Shown piece after piece: positions 58,030 to 64,000 of a stretch of DNA of 64,000 nucleotides. A program made the translations under genes and the position numbers. Origin of the DNA: a virus; IMG/VR virus record IMGVR_UViG_3300042896_000714, positions 38,341 to 102,340 of that record; one strand, 5' to 3'. Below the pieces are notes generated by a model that was not told the DNA's origin, searched no databases, and saw only the letters and a program-made list of their open reading frames with translations. Every line of letters begins with the position of its first letter. Position 1 is the first letter of the stretch.

Positions 58030-58494
58030 TTAGCAAGCATTCCAAATTTCTTTAAAACCTTCGTCCTCAGTTGGGTCGTCCCAACCAGCGATCATGCTGC
58101 GTATCACACGCGATGGAATGTGCTTGCCAATTCGGCTAGCTAACCGACGATCCAATTCATCCTTTTCAGGGGTCTTAAACACAACCGCAATAGCATAGTA
58201 GTCTGGAAGCATGTTGAACTTCCGCTCACGGCTTGCGATAGTAGTGCTAGTTTGATCCCAGATAATATCCCGTCCTAAATCCCGAGCAAGCTCAACTTGA
58301 TTTGCCATCAGCTTCACTGCATGTGGCATGTAGTCTTTAAAGACTTCTGAATAAGTCTTGCCTTGCCGTTCAGCTTCCATATCTACCCACATGTCAGTGC
58401 TAATGTAAGAGCAGTCCTTTGCCCAATCTTGGTTCTTGACCCAAGTTGATTTACCAGAACCTGGTATCCCCACTAATACATATAATTTTGGCAT
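58030..58494 (-). CDS. Polynucleotide-kinase-like P-loop protein (AAA_33)
   Basis: GIPGSGKST, ISTD, IIWDQT..R, P...EGF. Confidence 0.85.
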   Translation of the reverse strand: MPKLYVLVGIPGSGKSTWVKNQDWAKDCSYISTDMWVDMEAERQGKTYSEVFKDYMPHAVKLMANQVELARDLGRDIIWDQTSTTIASRERKFNMLPDYYAIAVVFKTPEKDELDRRLASRIGKHIPSRVIRSMIAGWDDPTEDEGFKEIWNAC

Positions 58495-58504
58495 TTTCTT
58501 CTTT

Positions 58505-58972
58505 CTAAGTGTCAAATTGACCTGTTACATCATCCATTCGGATTTCATGTGGGATATATTCAACTTTAGCAGTATCATATACGCGATACACATAGTTCTC
58601 GCTGTAGTGCAGCAAGTCAGATATGATCTCGCCAAATTCTGGTCCAGAGTACTTGTCCTCTGGATCATATTCTGCTGCAAGTTGCTCAAGTTCAAACTCG
58701 TCAAGCACAGGCTTATGTTTCTCCATAACTACACGAATTGCATCCTCTGCTTTGCGGCGTAGTGCATTAATCCCATTGCTGTATTCGTACATATTTCCAA
58801 ATGTAGCATCGTTGTTATTAGATCCGCTATAAAACAGCTTGCATAGTTCAAGGAGGTATTCAACTCGCTCTCTAGTCAAACCCTCAATAATCTCAGTATG
58901 ATAAGCATCAGCATCGTTTTCCCACGATGTAATAGAGAGACGATAGCCTGCGGGGATAATAGTTTGTGTCAT
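58505..58972 (-). CDS. Hypothetical protein
   Basis: 155-aa ORF, AAGGA RBS, SWENDAD motif. Confidence 0.7.
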   Translation of the reverse strand: MTQTIIPAGYRLSITSWENDADAYHTEIIEGLTRERVEYLLELCKLFYSGSNNNDATFGNMYEYSNGINALRRKAEDAIRVVMEKHKPVLDEFELEQLAAEYDPEDKYSGPEFGEIISDLLHYSENYVYRVYDTAKVEYIPHEIRMDDVTGQFDT

Positions 58973-58982
58973 GATATATTCC

Positions 58983-59426
58983 TTAGATTACTGATTTAAC
59001 TAACTTAGCTGCCATTTGACCATCGTATTGGCCAGCGTGTCGTTTCTTGAGTTCAGCCATTACTTTTCCCAAATTTGCACCAACATCATTGATGATGATT
59101 CGTAGTGCAATAGTGAGTGCATATTCGTCCATTTGTTGTGGCATGTACGCAGTAAGAATAGATTGTTCGTGCAACAGATTGACATAACGATCTGCACTGC
59201 CGTCAACATTAGAAGCATCAGGCATTATCTTGATTGTTTCATTTACACCGTCGAGAAACTTCTTAACCAACTTAACTACATCAGTATCAGTAACTTCGCG
59301 ATTCCCGTCATTCTTACCAACTGCAGTTAATTCACCAATCAATGTAGTAAGAAGAGTCGCCTTTAGTGATTCTCGTGCCTTACGTGCAGCAAGTTGATCG
59401 GATTTGATTTGCGTAAATAGTGTCAT
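58983..59426 (-). CDS. GatB/YqeY domain protein
   Basis: IKSD..AARKA, E..IL..YMPQQM, LGKVMAELK..GQYDG. Confidence 0.85.
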   Translation of the reverse strand: MTLFTQIKSDQLAARKARESLKATLLTTLIGELTAVGKNDGNREVTDTDVVKLVKKFLDGVNETIKIMPDASNVDGSADRYVNLLHEQSILTAYMPQQMDEYALTIALRIIINDVGANLGKVMAELKKRHAGQYDGQMAAKLVKSVI

Positions 59427-59438
59427 AAATTTCTTTCG

Positions 59439-59675
59439 TTAAATGATTTCAATTTCTTTTCCAATTTTGGAAATAATGTGTTTGGTTTCTACTTCAATAA
59501 TAGAAAGTTGTAAACTGCTTTTTCCGACAACATACGATGATTCTCGCCAGCCTGTAACATACGCTTTCGCCTCATCTACAGTATTAAACAGCATTGCAGA
59601 TGATTTGTTGTCTGTACAACCGCCATCTAATGCACGGATAAACATTTTGTATTTGGTTAGTCGTAATGCATACAT
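59439..59675 (-). CDS. Hypothetical protein
   Basis: 78-aa ORF with AAGGA RBS. Confidence 0.6.
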   Translation of the reverse strand: MYALRLTKYKMFIRALDGGCTDNKSSAMLFNTVDEAKAYVTGWRESSYVVGKSSLQLSIIEVETKHIISKIGKEIEII

Positions 59676-59691
59676 ATATTTCCTTAAATTA

Positions 59692-59737
59692 AAACCCCGT
59701 GTTACGCAATTATAACACGGGGTTTATTGGTTGTCGA
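59692..59737 (-). terminator. Intrinsic terminator overlapping a sigma70-type promoter
   Basis: AAACCCCGTGTTA/TAACACGGGGTTT 13-bp stem; TCGACA-17-TATAAT (59709-59737). Confidence 0.75.
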
Positions 59738-59742
59738 CTTGA

Positions 59743-60840
59743 TTACTTGGGAATAACTAACTTCTGACCAACTGCAATAAAGTTCGGGTTAGCTAAATTA
59801 TTACGCGACTGGATATCAGCGTACCGCATCTTGTTACCAAGCTGGGACTGTGCAATAGTGCTCAGTGTATCGCCCTTAACTACCACGTATGTCGCCTCTC
59901 CTGACGCTACTCGACGCACAGCAGCAACCTTGTTACTCATAAAGTATGTCTTCAACATCTCAGTGTACGATGGGTCTTCCATTGCATCGCGAATTGCTGT
60001 ATTAAGTGCGGCCAACAGTGCTGGTTCAGTTTTGCGAACACCAATTCGATATTGAATATCGCTACCTTTGACCTTGCTCATCGCAAACTGCAAGTCAGTA
60101 CCATCAATTTCAGCTACAGCGAACGGGTAGTCATACATTACAGCATCAACAGTCTTGGACTTAATGTGCCCAACAATCCACTTGCCATTGGCATCAGCTT
60201 TGTCAGACAATTCTACAATTCGAACTCCTGGGAACGCAGTCTCAGCAAATGCCTTTGCATCAGGATCACCTTTCAACACACCAAGTTTCCCACCAGCCAA
60301 GTCAGCAGCACTGGTTACAGTTTGCCCTTGTGCTGTAATCAAACTATAGCCAAAGTCTTTTACATACGGAATTGTATAAACAACACCAGGCAAGTCTTCA
60401 TCATTAAATGTCAAGCCATCGATTGCGATATCAATGCGTTTATCAGTAAGCAGTTGATTCGGAACATCTGGGTATGTTGCAACATCGAATACTTTGGTTG
60501 ATGCAATTTTACCCTTAAATGCGCCCTGGGCAAACATCAAGTTCATAAAATCGACATTGAATCCCTTTGCTCGACTGCCTTCAACAACGTAGAACGGCTT
60601 ACTTGGATTTTGCGCACTAACCCGTACTGTGCCAGTTTCTAGCATAGTTGCAAGCGCGCCACTAGCCTTTGACGCTACTACGGTGACTTCTCTCGCAGTC
60701 CCCTCAGTTGGTGTGGTGGCAACAGTTGAATTGCCACGCCCAATTAGCCCATCAATCTGCGCTTTAAATTTTGCATCAGCAAAATATCCGCCAATGGCTA
60801 AACAAATTAAAAATACTACTGAACCAATAACTTTAACCAT
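59743..60840 (-). CDS. Membrane-anchored family-3 solute-binding protein fused to LysM
   Basis: N-terminal TM; PF..GFNVD..IDIAI..YTIPY..KLGVLKG..VDAVMYD SBP pattern; C-terminal YVVVKGDTLSTIA...N..I.VGQKLVIP. Confidence 0.85.
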   Translation of the reverse strand: MVKVIGSVVFLICLAIGGYFADAKFKAQIDGLIGRGNSTVATTPTEGTAREVTVVASKASGALATMLETGTVRVSAQNPSKPFYVVEGSRAKGFNVDFMNLMFAQGAFKGKIASTKVFDVATYPDVPNQLLTDKRIDIAIDGLTFNDEDLPGVVYTIPYVKDFGYSLITAQGQTVTSAADLAGGKLGVLKGDPDAKAFAETAFPGVRIVELSDKADANGKWIVGHIKSKTVDAVMYDYPFAVAEIDGTDLQFAMSKVKGSDIQYRIGVRKTEPALLAALNTAIRDAMEDPSYTEMLKTYFMSNKVAAVRRVASGEATYVVVKGDTLSTIAQSQLGNKMRYADIQSRNNLANPNFIAVGQKLVIPK

Positions 60841-60841
60841 T

Positions 60842-61618
60842 TTAAACTCCTACTTTTTGTTGAACTACTGTTCCCACAGTTAATGTGGGCTGGGGATCGT
60901 TTTCTACCATCAAGGTAGCCTGCTGCACTTCCTTATTATCCATAAGTGCCGTTTCCATTTCAGCAAACGCTTTGTTCATGCTGGACATAACGCTGTTGAT
61001 TGCAGAATCTGCTTTGATTTTTTCAAACGGATCTCCAAGTTCCATACCGGCCATCTTGTTCATCTTCTGTGCAGCTTGTGACATTTTCCACATTGCTTGG
61101 GCACGTTTGATTGCACTATCAAAATTGTCTAATTCAATCTGCAACTGTTTATATCTACTTTCACGAAACGTCAATAACTTATTCATTGCGTCAAGTTGAT
61201 TCTCAAATCGTGCTACATCTTCGGGATATTCCTTCTTAAAGAGATTAGTCTGATCGGTGAAGTTTTTAATCTCAGTTCGAAACACAGTAATAGCAGTTCG
61301 AAAAATATCACTAGCATTCCGTTTTTCCTGACTTTGAATAATCAAAGTCTCAATAGGATTGACTGCTGCTGCATTTGAAACTTTTTCAATATGTTCGACT
61401 CGTTCTGCACCCAGTGCTCGATATCGCATATTAGCAGCTTTCAATGCTAACCAAGGTGCAGCATTGGTGCCAACGATAACAAGTCCGCCAGCAATCATCA
61501 AGCCCGCAATTCCGGTTACTGCCATCCATGCCAACGGCGCAATTACTGCGGCAGTAACACCAATTACACCCCATTTGACTAGCGTAGCTGTGTGTTGTTT
61601 TTTAATTTCGTCGTTCAT
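60842..61618 (-). CDS. Membrane-anchored coiled-coil protein
   Basis: Two N-terminal TM segments and a long helical domain; promoter TCGACG-17-TATAAT 61649-61677; AAAGGA RBS. Confidence 0.7.
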   Translation of the reverse strand: MNDEIKKQHTATLVKWGVIGVTAAVIAPLAWMAVTGIAGLMIAGGLVIVGTNAAPWLALKAANMRYRALGAERVEHIEKVSNAAAVNPIETLIIQSQEKRNASDIFRTAITVFRTEIKNFTDQTNLFKKEYPEDVARFENQLDAMNKLLTFRESRYKQLQIELDNFDSAIKRAQAMWKMSQAAQKMNKMAGMELGDPFEKIKADSAINSVMSSMNKAFAEMETALMDNKEVQQATLMVENDPQPTLTVGTVVQQKVGV

Positions 61619-61677
61619 AACATTTCCTTTTAAAGTGTCTGTGCTTAAATTATAACAGGGATTTATAAGACCGTCGA

Positions 61678-62157
61678 CTAAACGTCGCCTTCCCAATCAA
61701 ACTTAGTAGACATTAAGTTGATAGGTTCAGATACTTCATCGTCGTCATACGTATAACCCAACCGTTTCATCATCAAATGCTTGACTAGCAAGTTTGGTTG
61801 CCGGAATCGTTTAGTATCTTCGAACCCCATAATTACCCCAACCTCGCATACAGCGCCGCTACGGCAGATACCAGCAAAGCAATGCACGATAACGTTCAGG
61901 TCAGCGTCCTTTGCGCGTTGCAGTAGTCTAACTAGCTCGTCAGCTTGCGCTTGGCTGCAGCGGCATTCCTCATCAAACACGATATCGTGCTTTTCGATAT
62001 CTAGAAATTCGAACTTGTAAACTTCTTTGAATTGATGTTTAGGCACTGGAAACCAACCACCAGGATCTGAGATTTGGATTAACATACTGTTTGGTCCAGG
62101 ATCTCTGTGAAACTTTTTTGGCATGTCATCAGCAGCGGCATTTTCAATAAACGGCAT
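61678..62157 (-). CDS. Tyrosine/dual-specificity phosphatase-like protein
   Basis: VHCFAGICRS P-loop. Confidence 0.85.
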   Translation of the reverse strand: MPFIENAAADDMPKKFHRDPGPNSMLIQISDPGGWFPVPKHQFKEVYKFEFLDIEKHDIVFDEECRCSQAQADELVRLLQRAKDADLNVIVHCFAGICRSGAVCEVGVIMGFEDTKRFRQPNLLVKHLMMKRLGYTYDDDEVSEPINLMSTKFDWEGDV

Positions 62158-62821
62158 AATTTGTTTCCTTAATTTGACCACCAAGGTCTTCCCACATAGT
62201 TTCTTGATCCATTTGTTTTACTAAACCCGGGAATTCCTCGGCCCATAGTATAACTTGGTAAGAATAGCTAGTCACTCCATCAGTGACTCCACCTCCACCA
62301 CCACCGCCAGTATTAATAAGCGTTCTTGAAAAGTAATCACTACCGAATCCACTTCGATAGTATTTTCCAACTTTTTGTGTTTTTACTTTGATTTTAATAG
62401 TTCCACTCCAACCCATATAGCCAGTTGGTGTACCGGGTTTGGCAGTATGTTGACTCCAGTTAGTAACACCATTTCTTGGGCAGTAGTGAGTATTGCTTTG
62501 GAAGCTATATTTCATATTGTGAAAACTAACATCTACGTATTCATGTTTTGCAGTGTTATTCTTTGAAGGACGCCACCCATCTCTAGAAATGCCATTGGCA
62601 TAAAACCAATCCCAGTTATCTTTAATCAATTGTGTAAGCTCTGCAAGACTACCAACTGCTCCTATTTTGTTTTGAAAATCATCTCTGGAAGCTTCTACCT
62701 TGGCAACTTTTCTATCAGTTGCTCGAACTTGTGCTAGCTTACGCAAGTGTTTTTGATACTTGATTTTATCCTCAAATAGCTTACTATCTTGGTCACTTTT
62801 CCAAACCATTACTTGGCTCAT
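62144..62821 (-). CDS. Hypothetical protein
   Basis: 225-aa ORF, AGGAG RBS, promoter TTGACA-17-TATAAT 62849-62877. Confidence 0.7.
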   Translation of the reverse strand: MSQVMVWKSDQDSKLFEDKIKYQKHLRKLAQVRATDRKVAKVEASRDDFQNKIGAVGSLAELTQLIKDNWDWFYANGISRDGWRPSKNNTAKHEYVDVSFHNMKYSFQSNTHYCPRNGVTNWSQHTAKPGTPTGYMGWSGTIKIKVKTQKVGKYYRSGFGSDYFSRTLINTGGGGGGGVTDGVTSYSYQVILWAEEFPGLVKQMDQETMWEDLGGQIKETNYAVY

Positions 62822-62856
62822 CTCAATCTCCTAATGTAACAAGCGTTAATTATAAG

Positions 62857-63915
62857 TCACTCTTGATGATGTGTCAAGTCACTAGTCACTTTCTTAATAC
62901 GATCCTCTAACGATCCCGTTAGCAGCGTATAATCCTGCCCACCACCCCGAAGTTCATCAAGGTAAAAATCATGCCCTCTTTTGCGAAAGATTTCATCTTG
63001 TCGAGTGCCATCTTGGACCATGGGAAAATCCGGTGCGCATAGATAAATTTTGTGATATTGGTGATCGCAGTCCCATACTAAGTCTGTTAGTTTGGATGGG
63101 ACTCGGCCAAACAATGCTCTACAGTAGAACAGTGTGGTTAATGGGGAAGTATCGCAAAATAGATATTGATTTGGTTCCATCCAACTTGATATTCGATTTT
63201 CAATATCAAGTTGACCTTTGCCAATTAGAAACATATCTTCGTATTGTAGTTTACCATCTCGCATATCGTAAAATTCTCGACCAAATTCACGGGCGTATTC
63301 TGTTTCAAAATTCCTTGCTAATGCTGCAACAATTGTTGACTTTCCAGTTGACTCTGCACCAAGGAACAAAATTTTACGAACAATGGATTGATGAACACAT
63401 TGCGGCGTCATTTCTTTAACAAACTCGTAATTGCCCACCTCAATGGCTGCTCTTAAGGATGTACCAGAAACTGGAAAATTTGACCGACAATAGTCAACCA
63501 TAACGTGGTCAACGGTCATTGGATTAATTAATTTTGCAGTAAAGTACTGAGACAAAAAGTCTGCAAATCCTTTACCGTAATCCTCAGACGTGAATACTGC
63601 CTGCACTGTAGTCTCAAGTGTTTCAAACAAGTAGTCTGCACAAAATCTACGGTGAGCTTCATCAGGTGCATCATTTTGTACGCCAACGTGGACCATGTGA
63701 TCTATTACATGAATTTCTAATCGATCCTGATCCACTGGCAACTGGCTTAGCCACCGCCCCCGGGTTTCAGCATTGTATCCAGGATACGGTTCTGAAGTGT
63801 AGCTCAAAATAATAACCTTTTCACATTGTTCAAGAGCAGTAGAAATAACGTACTCGTGCCCTTTGTGAAGTGGACAAAACTTACCGACGACTAACCCAGT
63901 TGCGTACTTGCTCAT
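62857..63915 (-). CDS. nadR: NadR-like NMN adenylyltransferase / ribosylnicotinamide kinase (no HTH)
   Basis: GKFCPLHKGH, SGT..R, GAESTGKST, EFGR, CDT, QDGTR. Confidence 0.9.
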   Translation of the reverse strand: MSKYATGLVVGKFCPLHKGHEYVISTALEQCEKVIILSYTSEPYPGYNAETRGRWLSQLPVDQDRLEIHVIDHMVHVGVQNDAPDEAHRRFCADYLFETLETTVQAVFTSEDYGKGFADFLSQYFTAKLINPMTVDHVMVDYCRSNFPVSGTSLRAAIEVGNYEFVKEMTPQCVHQSIVRKILFLGAESTGKSTIVAALARNFETEYAREFGREFYDMRDGKLQYEDMFLIGKGQLDIENRISSWMEPNQYLFCDTSPLTTLFYCRALFGRVPSKLTDLVWDCDHQYHKIYLCAPDFPMVQDGTRQDEIFRKRGHDFYLDELRGGGQDYTLLTGSLEDRIKKVTSDLTHHQE

Positions 63916-63920
63916 TTAAT

Positions 63921-64000
63921 TCACCGTGCAATTTCTGTATAACTGTTATTAAAAATTTTCTGATCGACAATCCATGTGTCACTGTGATCTTCACGATTGC
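63921..64000 (-). CDS. C-terminal end of a gene entering from outside the window
   Basis: Open frame ...NREDHSDTWIVDQKIFNNSYTEIAR*. Confidence 0.5.
   Translation of the reverse strand, partial: NREDHSDTWIVDQKIFNNSYTEIAR

Noticed and set aside
62289-62309. CCA/CCG triplet run
   Set aside because: Simply encodes a poly-Gly stretch in 62144..62821
1-64000. Bacterial chromosome origin, tRNA/rRNA genes, or an alternative genetic code
   Set aside because: Structural genes, homing endonucleases and T4-like late promoters indicate a phage; no cloverleaf or rRNA seen in the short intergenic gaps; standard-code ORFs tile the window densely

Overview
AT-rich, gene-dense 64 kb segment of a large tailed dsDNA bacteriophage (T4-like/jumbo myovirus style; the spanin pair implies a Gram-negative host). 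Left to right: (1) proteostasis, lysis and replication genes (ClpA partial, DnaJ, holin plus i/o-spanins, PhoH, dCMP deaminase, clamp loader, MazG-like, GroES, a truncated DnaE fragment); (2) virion structural block, 10.2-23 kb, including a 2559-aa baseplate/tail-fibre protein; (3) mixed accessory region (ferritin-like, QueD, DenV, a lone radical SAM, DNA ligase, ClpP) invaded by three antisense homing-endonuclease-like genes, one of which appears to split a resident gene into two separately expressed halves; (4) a ~16 kb enzyme cluster, 37.9-53.7 kb, with 8 radical-SAM/SPASM proteins, a methyltransferase, a PLP enzyme, four 2OG-Fe(II)/cupin-type oxygenases, two kinase-like paralogues, an SDR and a GNAT-like protein, driven by divergent TAAATA late-type promoters and abutting a tail-fibre gene; (5) an early host-takeover region (Pth2-like, RNA ligase, PNK-like kinase, phosphoesterase, (p)ppGpp hydrolase-like, YqeY, SBP-LysM, phosphatase, NadR). 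Two promoter classes are readable (sigma70 TTGACA-17-TATAAT and TAAATA); many give apparently leaderless mRNAs and many sigma70 promoters overlap inverted repeats. No tRNA, rRNA or CRISPR array was seen. All functional calls come from motif recognition by eye, not database searches.
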